This document shows, one piece after another, positions 20,201 through 27,814 of a stretch of DNA of 64,000 nucleotides. The notes under the pieces are model-generated. The model was not told the DNA's origin. It worked only from the letters and a program-made list of their open reading frames with translations, and searched no databases. Position 1 is the stretch's first letter; each line of letters starts with the position of its first letter. Origin of the DNA: Bryobacterales bacterium (lineage in GTDB: Bacteria > Acidobacteriota > Terriglobia > Bryobacterales > UBA6623); assembly GCA_965238045.1 (NCBI GenBank), contig CBDEGU010000007.1:67271-131270 (forward strand), given 5' to 3'. The position numbers were made by a program, and so were the translations under genes.

Positions 20201-21269
20201 CGGTGATCGGCTCCGAACCGCGCACGAATCCAGGCACACCCGCGCCAACTTGACCCGGGGTGAATCGGAGTTCCGTGGCCAGGTCGCTGTATGCCGCGCT
20301 GCTGATCTCCCCGCCGACTTCCAAGCCGCGCGCATCCACCACATAGAGGCTGATGCGCGCCCGCATCGATTCGGACCGCAGGCGTGTCATTAAGTCGTTG
20401 TTCTGCAAATTGACGAACTGCTGCAGAAATGAGTCAAATCCAATCCAAAATCCTTGCGCGAATAGCACAATCATCTTTTTGCCCGGGTAAACGCCGAGAC
20501 CGCGAATCATGTCGATATAGCGGTAGAAGCGCGCCCGGCCAAATTGGTCTTGCAGCAGGTCGACCGTTCCCCGCTCCGCCACGCTGTCGCCCTGAAGGAT
20601 GGCTATGAGGTCAGGGCCCTCCTGGGCATTAGGTTCCTCGGGACTGGTCTGGGTGTTTGTCGAGGCAAACGGATCGTTTCCCTCCCGGACAATAATGTGC
20701 CTCTGAAAGTCAGGCTCCGCGCCCGCGAGGACATCCAAGCTTTGATCCAGTTCCAGAAGCTTCAACAGCAGCTTCTTGTCGGAAACAAACGGGGTGCCAT
20801 TGAGCGAAACGAGCACGCCAGGCTGCAGGTCCTTTTCGATGAACTTCTGGATGGCGCGCCGCGTGCGGGGCCGCTCCGCCTCGGTAATGTGGGTGGCGAT
20901 GAAGATGCGCGCCGTTCTCGGGTCCATCGCCGCGGGCGGGCTCGTACTCTCGGAGGCGGCTTGCCCCTCCGCCGCCGCCGCTTCGTCCGCCCCGCCCCGG
21001 AAGACATCGATATATTCGAGGTTCACGAGCTGTTGCGGAACACCGTTCTCGAGCAGCGTAAAGTCTTCCTTGCTCAGACCTTCGACCGGTCGCTTGCCGC
21101 GCCCGGTGACCCTGACCTCAATTTCCATCAGGGCCGTGCCACCGCGGAAAACCGGGTCGGCGGGCTGTTGAGCGGCATCGGGGGGCTGCGGGGGTGGCTG
21201 TTGCGCCGAGAGCGCGAGGCCACAGCCGAAGACCGCGATCACGCTAGTGCGCCAAAGCTGAGAGAGCAT
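17280..21269 (-). CDS. 1329-aa secreted protein: degenerate VWFA-type module, TPR array, beta-rich region, intact VWA domain
   Basis: Two copies of the FR...V.V.V....G..V.GL..EDF...EDGVPQ module. The TPR-like repeats span roughly aa 470-800. The C-terminal MIDAS is DLSGS / GGTPLYD / SDGVDN. Confidence 0.85.
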   Translation of the reverse strand: MLSQLWRTSVIAVFGCGLALSAQQPPPQPPDAAQQPADPVFRGGTALMEIEVRVTGRGKRPVEGLSKEDFTLLENGVPQQLVNLEYIDVFRGGADEAAAAEGQAASESTSPPAAMDPRTARIFIATHITEAERPRTRRAIQKFIEKDLQPGVLVSLNGTPFVSDKKLLLKLLELDQSLDVLAGAEPDFQRHIIVREGNDPFASTNTQTSPEEPNAQEGPDLIAILQGDSVAERGTVDLLQDQFGRARFYRYIDMIRGLGVYPGKKMIVLFAQGFWIGFDSFLQQFVNLQNNDLMTRLRSESMRARISLYVVDARGLEVGGEISSAAYSDLATELRFTPGQVGAGVPGFVRGSEPITGGMDDAFRNSQNGLKTLAELTDGTAVLNTNDVGEIFKKVREDLSGYYLLGYYPKESENEDDFRKIRITVSAPKVKLSYREGFFDDREFRKFMEAEQHKQLEAILGPSPSATTAEAPLPALRAYKKAYETLASENPNFPRAIEYLDAATKEYEGFAVAWNVLGYSREKTGDFGGAIEAYEKAVEADGDYINPLSHAVRLDVRASRWNKALEGADALIAKAHERTDGHFYRATALFNLGKPQEAEHAVRRVVTASDVGRYAQAYQLLGLIHASEGRFSEATQAYRDYLSVRPEAADKTQVAEQIRIWATVRSLDELKVHVANEKWDDVAELSSQLVETNPRLIGARYYNAMALYRLGETDAAVAQARNVQADERGGDYPGTHQLLGSIFSQQGKLEDAAREYRAYLALVPDSPKAADIQRRLGEWEKERRFEGPSGTTIRVQNPYGDVTMRVMRQSAPQLRIRSPARNLRQGDVVTIQEPGKTTIRAKPSDHVRIDIEIDIPYGYGFEAETADGKISVQGLAALTKLVTQRGDIEIAVPWDATRLSIEAKEPPKSYEPPARGKIAVNPGAAGWGVIDQHDRYRSTYGKIDVRAVSPGRVTLRDIPIPADSPVKMSWQAPAVLESILRAGRGPSAVSARSPSASPTVTTPAASNQESAAPIVFRSGVRMVNLAVSVTSTGGVPSTGLTVEDFEILEDGVPQEISALTAGDAPFNLVLLLDLSGSTVEDRAAMKLAAARFVSTARPTDRIAVYGLSAEMFAVATHLTSDREQLASSINSAPSVSGGTPLYDTIVLAYNEELRQLPGERNALIIVSDGVDNQLASILYPGGDDGKDDKRSRRKKRGKRRNASELVPGVVASASKVPFEQLRQAVAHMDTLIYPYILGNGGRRSFPGGVGTTARENMEALAAASGGRAFLAASVDDPQPFREAAKELRSVYTVAYYPKNQNFDGAWRNVEVRVKRPAAIVRTRAGYQAR

Positions 21270-21429
21270 CAGGGACCTCCTGCCTGCCTGCCGCGGGATG
21301 CGCGGAAGGCTGGACCGATTTCACAGGCGGGCGTCGCATGCCCCGCCACCGACTTGCCACGGCTGCGCCGGAACGCCACGGCGCCGCCCGCATTGCACAG
21401 CCGCTTAGACGAAACCGGCACAGGAAAAG

Positions 21430-22038
21430 TTACCGGTTGCCTGCTCCAGGCGCGGACCGCCGCCGAATTTCTTCCTTCTGAGCCGACAGGATCATTTCAT
21501 ATACCGATTTGGCGTCCGGGATCAGCTCGAACCGCGGCAGGTCGTTCTGGCTCGAGCCTGGAAAGCCGGGCAGCACGGCCATGACCGCTCCATAGGGCGA
21601 GGTTCCGAACGAGATCGTCCCCTCGCCGGCCGTGTTCTGGGCGCTCGTGCTCTGGGTGATCGAGACTTCTGGGAGCGTATCGAAGTGAAGCGACTGACGG
21701 GTTTGCGAGAACATGCCGGACGTAATGATGATGCGTCCATCGGTGACGCCGTAGCAGGTGTTGGCGCGCTTTTTGGCGTCCATGAGAAAGCGGACGACCA
21801 AGAAATACAGAACCACGGCCACGAAAGGTATTCCCACAATCGAGAGAAAGGGGGCCGATTTTTGCAGGTCCAGCAGCTTCGCTTGCCAGAGAATCGCGAA
21901 CCCCACCCACCCCAGCGTCATCGGAACCAGAAACATATCAATCGGGCGCAGCACCAGCCCTTGCCGGGGCCGGCCGCTCCAAAGGAGCTTCTCGCCCGGA
22001 AAGAGATGGGTCCGCATCACTGTCTCCGCTTCATTCAT
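21430..22038 (-). CDS. PH-domain-like membrane protein
   Basis: FPGEKLLWSGRPRQG followed by two hydrophobic helices, typical of bacterial PH (YdbS/YdbT-like) proteins. Start taken at MNEAETV. The ORF extends to 22161. Confidence 0.6.
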   Translation of the reverse strand: MNEAETVMRTHLFPGEKLLWSGRPRQGLVLRPIDMFLVPMTLGWVGFAILWQAKLLDLQKSAPFLSIVGIPFVAVVLYFLVVRFLMDAKKRANTCYGVTDGRIIITSGMFSQTRQSLHFDTLPEVSITQSTSAQNTAGEGTISFGTSPYGAVMAVLPGFPGSSQNDLPRFELIPDAKSVYEMILSAQKEEIRRRSAPGAGNR

Positions 22039-22175
22039 GGGACGATGTTCCCGGTCATCTTCGTTCGGCGGTCTTAGTTTACAACGCTCGTTCGCCGGCG
22101 GCAACGGTGCAGGTAGTCGGTCCTCTGCATCACGGTTCACGATAGAATACGAGATCGCCACCGCGCGAAATTGCC

Positions 22176-22844
22176 TTGCGAAAGAATCTAGTGCCGGCGG
22201 CCCTGGCGATGGCCGCGCTCGGCGTACTGCTCTACTTCGCCGGGCGGTTTGGCCTCTTCAGCCGCCTGAGCGACTATGACCAGTTGGTCGAATTCATGCG
22301 CCGCGAAGGCGCCGCCGGACCGCTGATCTGCGTCGGCGTGCAGTTTGTGCAGGTCGTCATTTTCGCGATTCCCGGCGAGATTACTCAGTTCGCCGCCGGG
22401 TATGTCTTCGGCGCGGTGAGGGGCTTTCTCTATTCGGTCGCCGGGATTATGCTCGGTTCGGCGTTCAACTACTCTTTCGCTCGGCTGGTGGGGCGTCCGG
22501 TGATGGAGCGGTTCATGGGCGAGCGGCTTTTGAACAAGGTGGATGGATTGCTGGAATCGCGCAAGGGCAAGTCCGCGTTATTCGTGCTATTCCTTCTGCC
22601 GGGCATGCCGAAGGATGCGATGTCCTATGGCGCCGGGTTGTCGCGGCTGGGGATGGGCGAGTTCATCGTCATTTCCGGCTTGGCGCGAGCGCCGGCCCTG
22701 CTTTTCAGTACGCTGATTGGAGCGCAACTCTATGAACGCGACTATCGCGCCATCGCGGTGACGGCCGTCGTCGGCTTAGTGGCGATCGGCGGATTCTACT
22801 GGTACGAGACTCGGCGGCGTGCCCATGGGCATGGCGCCCCATGA
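22176..22844 (+). CDS. TVP38/TMEM64 (DedA-related) membrane protein
   Basis: VQFVQVVIFAIPGEITQFAAGYVFG signature. TTG start, with an in-frame GTG at 22191. Confidence 0.75.
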   Translation: MRKNLVPAALAMAALGVLLYFAGRFGLFSRLSDYDQLVEFMRREGAAGPLICVGVQFVQVVIFAIPGEITQFAAGYVFGAVRGFLYSVAGIMLGSAFNYSFARLVGRPVMERFMGERLLNKVDGLLESRKGKSALFVLFLLPGMPKDAMSYGAGLSRLGMGEFIVISGLARAPALLFSTLIGAQLYERDYRAIAVTAVVGLVAIGGFYWYETRRRAHGHGAP

Positions 22845-23683
22845 TTCGCCGCATGAGAGAAGCCGACATCCCCGCCGGCATGGTGCTCAAGCAGGCCGCC
22901 GGCTGGAACCAGACCGATCAGGACTGGGAGAACATCCTGGCTCTCGAACCGAAGGGCTGCTGGGTTTACGAGGCCGGCGGCAAGGTCGTCGGGGTGACCA
23001 CGGCCGTGTGCTACGGGACGGAGCTGGCCTGGATCGGCATGGTGCTCACGCTGCCCGACTACCGGCGCCGCGGGATCGCCCGCGCGCTGATGGAGGAGGC
23101 GCTGCGTTTCTGCGCGGCCCGAGAGGTTCGCTGCGTCAAGCTCGACGCCACCGACATGGGCCGTCCTCTTTACGCGAAACTGGGTTTTGAGGACGAATCG
23201 CTGATCGAGCGCTGGGGAATCACGCTGCCCGGCGGCGGCGGCGCGAGGCCCGCGGATGAACCGCCCCGGCTGCGAGAGGTCTCGGCGATTGCGGAACTAG
23301 ACCGCCGGGCTTTTGGCGTGGACCGGCGCGAGATTTTGGAACTGCTGGCTGGGCGGTTTCCAGAGGAATGCTGGGCGCTGCCTGGCGCCTATCTTATGGC
23401 CCGGCCCGGGTCGAAAGCTCACTTCCTGGGGCCTTGCGTCGCCGAAGACAACGGAGCCGCCCGGCGGTTGATTGAAGCTCTGTTGCGGCGCCATCCAGGT
23501 GAATCGTTCTTCTGGGACCTGCTGCCGGATAACCCGGCGGCGACCGCTCTGGCGCAATCGCTCGGTTTTGAGCACAAGCGTACGCTTATCAGAATGGTGT
23601 GGAATCAGCCCGGCCGCGGCCGGGGCAAGGTCGGCGATCGGCCTGATCTGGTGGTTGCGGCAGCGGGGTTTGAATACGGTTAG
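22841..23683 (+). CDS. GNAT family N-acetyltransferase
   Basis: Acetyl-CoA motif YRRRGIARALMEEAL. There is a 4-nt overlap with the upstream gene. Confidence 0.8.
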   Translation: MIRRMREADIPAGMVLKQAAGWNQTDQDWENILALEPKGCWVYEAGGKVVGVTTAVCYGTELAWIGMVLTLPDYRRRGIARALMEEALRFCAAREVRCVKLDATDMGRPLYAKLGFEDESLIERWGITLPGGGGARPADEPPRLREVSAIAELDRRAFGVDRREILELLAGRFPEECWALPGAYLMARPGSKAHFLGPCVAEDNGAARRLIEALLRRHPGESFFWDLLPDNPAATALAQSLGFEHKRTLIRMVWNQPGRGRGKVGDRPDLVVAAAGFEYG

Positions 23684-23701
23684 ACGAAATACGTCTAGAT
23701 C

Positions 23702-24808
23702 ATGAAGACAACCATTTCATTGAGAAAAGTCTCGATCCCGTTTTGCGAGCCGTTCCGGATCTCCAACGGCGTGGCGGCGCAAAAAGACAGTGTGATCGTC
23801 GAGATCCAGCGCGGCGAACATTCCGGCTTTGGCGAGGCCGGTCCGCTGCCCGGCGGCGCCTATTCGGCCGAGACGGCCGAATCGAGCTGGGAGCGGCTGG
23901 AAAGTCAGTTGATTCCTCTGTGGTTTGAGACCAGTTACACGCACCCCGCGGAGGTGGGCCCGGTGCTCGACGGGGTTCCGGGAGAAGCCTTCGCCCGCGC
24001 GGCGCTCGAAGGGGCGTCCTGGGACTTGGCGGGTCAGGAGGCTGGCAAGCCGCTATGGCGGATGCTCGGCTCACGGCCGCGGGCGATTGATTCCGGCGTT
24101 GCGATTGGCATCTTCGATACGATCGATGAACTGCTCGAGCGCGTGGATCGCTACGTGCGGGAAGGCTATCGCCGGACGAAGATCAAGATCCAGCCAGGCT
24201 GGGATGTCGAACCCATTCGGGCGATTCGCGAAAAGTTTGGCCCGATCCCGCTGATGGTCGACGCCAATACCGCTTACAGTCTCGATGACCTGGCCGTGTT
24301 TCAGGAACTCGACCGCTTCGAGCTGATGATGTTCGAGCAGCCCTTCCCGGCCGCGGCGCTCGAAGAACTGGCCGAGCTGCAACGCAGCGTTGCGACGCCG
24401 GTTTGCGCCGACGAGTCGGCTGAAAACTCCGAAGCGCTCGAAAGGATCATCGGCCTCGGCTCGGCGAAAAGCATCAATATCAAGGTGCAGCGCGTCGGCG
24501 GACTCACGGCGGCGCGCCAGATGCACGACCGGGCCAGCCAAGCCGGACTCGGCGTCTGGCTGGGCACGATGCCGGAACTGGGCGTCGCCTCGGCGCAGGG
24601 CTTGCATCTGGCAACTCTGCCCGGGTTTAACTTCCCTACCGATGTGGAAGCATCCAGCCGCTGGTACGAGGACGATATCGTCGAGCCGCTCATCACGATC
24701 GACGCCGAAGGGCGAATCCAGATTCCCGGCGGCCCCGGCATGGGATACCGCATCGGCCGTGCGAAGCTTGAGCGGTACTCGATCGAGGAAATGACCTTTC
24801 CGTCGTGA
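23702..24808 (+). CDS. enolase-superfamily enzyme, o-succinylbenzoate synthase / N-acylamino-acid racemase-like
   Basis: KxK motif (TKIKIQPG), metal-ligand contexts MVDAN, MFEQP and CADES, and a second Lys at NIKVQRVGG. Confidence 0.75.
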   Translation: MKTTISLRKVSIPFCEPFRISNGVAAQKDSVIVEIQRGEHSGFGEAGPLPGGAYSAETAESSWERLESQLIPLWFETSYTHPAEVGPVLDGVPGEAFARAALEGASWDLAGQEAGKPLWRMLGSRPRAIDSGVAIGIFDTIDELLERVDRYVREGYRRTKIKIQPGWDVEPIRAIREKFGPIPLMVDANTAYSLDDLAVFQELDRFELMMFEQPFPAAALEELAELQRSVATPVCADESAENSEALERIIGLGSAKSINIKVQRVGGLTAARQMHDRASQAGLGVWLGTMPELGVASAQGLHLATLPGFNFPTDVEASSRWYEDDIVEPLITIDAEGRIQIPGGPGMGYRIGRAKLERYSIEEMTFPS

Positions 24809-24832
24809 TCTTTCAGCCATGACCTTTCAAAC

Positions 24833-25684
24833 ATGAAACCCCTGCGAAAGCGCTACAACTGGTCGATCGGCGGCCAGCAAATTGCTCTCGGCGGCCGGAC
24901 GCTCATCATGGGCGTGCTGGGCCTCCACCGTGACGCCTCGGCCGGCAAGGCCGATCCGTCGGCCGTGCTCGATCAAGCTCTGCGTCTTGAGCAAGACGGC
25001 GCCGATTTGATCGAAGTCAATGCCGATCCGATCGTTGCGGGCGGCCAGCCGATTTCGGCGAATGAGGAACTGCGCCGGCTTGTGCCGGTGCTCCGCAAGC
25101 TGCGCCACAATCTCAGCGTGCCGGTCTCGCTCAATACCTATAACGCCGAAACCGTCTCTCGGGCGATCGAGATGGGCGTGCAGATTATCAACGACGTTAG
25201 CGGACTGGCCGTCGATCCCCAGCTCGTCAAGGTTGTCAATGAGGCGGATGTCGGGCTAATCCTGACACACATGCGCGGGACTCCAGAGACATGGAAGCGG
25301 CTGCCGCATATTTTGGATCTGGTCGGAACGATCGGCAAGGAGCTTGAGTCCAGTGTCGCCCGCGCGGTCGGCGCGGGCATCGACCGCCGGCGCATCGTAG
25401 TGGATCCCGGTCTGGAATTGGGGAAGCGGGGCGACGAAAACTATCAAATTCTCATCCAACTCGACCGTCTGGCGGCCCTGGGCCAGCCGCTGCTCTTAAG
25501 CCCTTCGCGGAAGCACTTTCTGACCGGGTCGGTGCGAACGCCGGACGAGGCCATGATCTACGCGGCGGCGGCGGCCTCGACGCTGGCCATTTGCGGCGGC
25601 GCTCACATTCTGCGTGTCCACGAGGTGAGCGCCCTCAGGCAAGTCGCCGCGGCGGCGGATCACATTTTCGAGCTGCAGCCCTGA
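24833..25684 (+). CDS. dihydropteroate synthase-like pterin-binding protein (non-canonical catalytic loops)
   Basis: DHPS-like blocks INDVSGL, LTHMRGTPETW, DPGLELGK, SPSRKHF and ILRVHEV. The loop-1, loop-2 and SxDT motifs are replaced (see findings). Confidence 0.7.
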   Translation: MKPLRKRYNWSIGGQQIALGGRTLIMGVLGLHRDASAGKADPSAVLDQALRLEQDGADLIEVNADPIVAGGQPISANEELRRLVPVLRKLRHNLSVPVSLNTYNAETVSRAIEMGVQIINDVSGLAVDPQLVKVVNEADVGLILTHMRGTPETWKRLPHILDLVGTIGKELESSVARAVGAGIDRRRIVVDPGLELGKRGDENYQILIQLDRLAALGQPLLLSPSRKHFLTGSVRTPDEAMIYAAAAASTLAICGGAHILRVHEVSALRQVAAAADHIFELQP

Positions 25685-26090
25685 GGCCAGGTCGCCCGGC
25701 TCACAATTTATTCAAGCCATGCGGCGCGGCGATCTTATAGGCCTCGGCCAGCCAAAAAGCAATCGGGTCGGGTGGTTAGAGGGTTTTCGATGATGATATG
25801 GCCCGCGGCCGAAGCGCTGATGCTCTAGAGCATTTTCAGGAATGACATAGACCACCCACGGGGGGTGCCAGATCGCCTCCAAACCGAGCCGCGCACGTCA
25901 GGGGCTGTGAAAAATCGCCGAGTGTCGTCATTGGCGCGATGGTGTTGGCGAGGAGAGCTTGCGGTGGCTTCGTAGCCGGGCGATGGCTTCGTAGCCGAGT
26001 GTGGCGTCGGCGAAGATGGCAGGTCCGCTGGGGCGCCTCAAGGGCCCGGTGGGGGCCGTTTTGCGGCCGCTCTTGCGCCCTCATCCGCCT

Positions 26091-27666
26091 CTAGGCCGCC
26101 GCCGCGGCCGCCCTTGCCGCGGGCTTCCACGCCAGCCGGATCCATTGCGCGATGTTGTAGGCCAGCAGTGCCCACAGCAGCTCCGCTCGCGCCTTCCTCA
26201 ACCCTCGCACTCGAAACTTGCGCACCCCCATGCGCTCCTTCAGCCAGGCGTTGGGAAATTCCGCCACCTCCGAGCGGCGCCGATACGCCGCCTTCGCCCG
26301 CTCGCTCTCCATCCACTTGCGATGCCGCGCCAGCAACGCGTCTTCTTCGCCGCGGCTGAGCGTTCGTCCCCGCTGGTAACTTCGCGGACAACATGGCAAG
26401 CGGTATGCGCACGACTGGCAGTCGGAACTTCGCGCCTGGTATTGCCGATACCTTCTGCCGCGCTTGCTCGATGCCCTCCGATAGGCCAGCGTCTTGTTGG
26501 CCGGACAAGCATAGGTGTCGCCAGCCTCGTTATAGATGAAAAACTTCGCTTCGAATCCGGCCGCGATGCCCGCCGCCCGCGCCGCCGCCGTCGAACCTTG
26601 CTGCGGCGACCGCGCCGGGGTCGCGTACTCGATGCGGGCCGCCTGCATCGTCGTAAGATTGGCGCGGCTGTTGTAGCCCATGTCCGCCAGCACTTGCCGC
26701 GGCTTTCGCCCCAGCCGCCGCTCCATGTCCGCCAGCGTTGGCTCGAGTTGTTGCGCGTCACTGGCGTTGTTGGTCAGCTCCACGCCCACCACAATCTTTT
26801 CTTTCGCGTCGATCGCCAGCTGCGCGTTGTAACCCGTCGCCCAGCCGCCGTTGGACTCGTGTTGCCGCCGCGCCTCGGGCTCGTTTTCGCTCACCCGCGC
26901 CTCCGCCACCCGCTCTTCGCCGCGCTTGGCCGCTTCCACTTGCCGCAACTGCTCCAGCGCTTGTTCCATGCGCTCAACTTTTTCGCGCGCCGCCCGCCGC
27001 CGCGCCGCTTGCCGCCGTTGGTTGCTCTCTTCGTCGCCGGCTTGCGCCGCCAGTTCCTCGACCACCGCGCGCGCTTGCTCGAGGTGTTTCTCGATCGTTC
27101 CGCGCCGCCGCTCCGAACTCGTCGAACCCTGCGAGCGCAGCCGCGTGCCGCCGGCCGCCACCTGCTCCAAATCAATCAACCCGGCTTGGCTGAGCACCGC
27201 CAGCACTTGCGTGAACATCTGCTCCAGCGCTTCGGCGTGACACACCCGAAAGTCCGACAAGGTGTGATGATTGACCACTTCCATCCCGCATCCCGCAGAG
27301 CCACTCCAGCTCGGGACGGTAGTCCATTTGCCGTTCGATTTCGCGCGCCGAACTGATGCCTTCCGAATAGGCCCAGATCCAGATCGCGACCAGCAGACGC
27401 GGGTCCCAGGCGGCTCGTCCGCCCTGATCGCGTTGGGTGCGCAAGGCGCCGGCAAAGCCGCTCAGATCGAGCCGTCCGCTGAGTTCCCAGATCGCCCGCA
27501 CCGGATGATCGGCGCCCACCAGTTGCTCGACATCAATGGTGCGGAGTGTGAGTTGACGCCGATCGGGCCGGCGCAATTTCAGCCGCTCCATCGGGATCGC
27601 CGGCTCCACCGGGGACTCGCTGGCACGGTGCTGCTCGAGTTGGATCAGCGTGATTTGGTCGGCCAT
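26091..27666 (-). pseudogene. IS1182-family transposase, frameshifted
   Basis: The N-terminal part (27666..27172, ...YRPELEWLCGM) and the C-terminal part (27455..26091, ...CGMEVVNHHTLSDFR...YNAQLAIDAK...) are in different frames. They join exactly at a 7-bp tandem duplication. Confidence 0.85.
27283..27296. repeat. 7-bp tandem duplication ATCCCGC x2 that disrupts the transposase frame
   Basis: Read directly. Deleting one copy gives ...LEWLCGMEVVNHH... and a single 522-codon ORF. Confidence 0.85.
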
Positions 27667-27814
27667 AACATCAAGGCGTTTCCAACCGCCCTGAGGTTAT
27701 CCAAATCTTCTATTTTTTCCGGCTTTCTGGTGGGTTTTTTCACAGCCCCTCAGCAAGCGGCCCAGCCACATAACTGTCTCGAAAGCAACAGCACCGGCGA
27801 ACTCTCCCGCCCCG

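Larger units (their letters stand above)
25899..27750 (-). mobile_element. IS1182/IS5-like insertion sequence (~1.85 kb)
   Basis: 15-bp terminal inverted repeats AGGGGCTGTGAAAAA (25899-25913) and TTTTTCACAGCCCCT (27736-27750) bracket a DDE transposase gene. No target-site duplication is visible. Confidence 0.8.

Noticed and set aside
26001-27356. 451-aa plus-strand ORF inside the IS element
   Set aside because: It is antisense to the recognisable DDE transposase. Its sequence is an Arg/Pro/Leu-rich shadow frame.
27172-27666. Possibility that the two transposase frames reflect programmed ribosomal frameshifting
   Set aside because: There is no slippery heptamer. The junction is an exact 7-bp tandem duplication, and removing one copy restores a single ORF. 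A mutational frameshift is the simpler reading.
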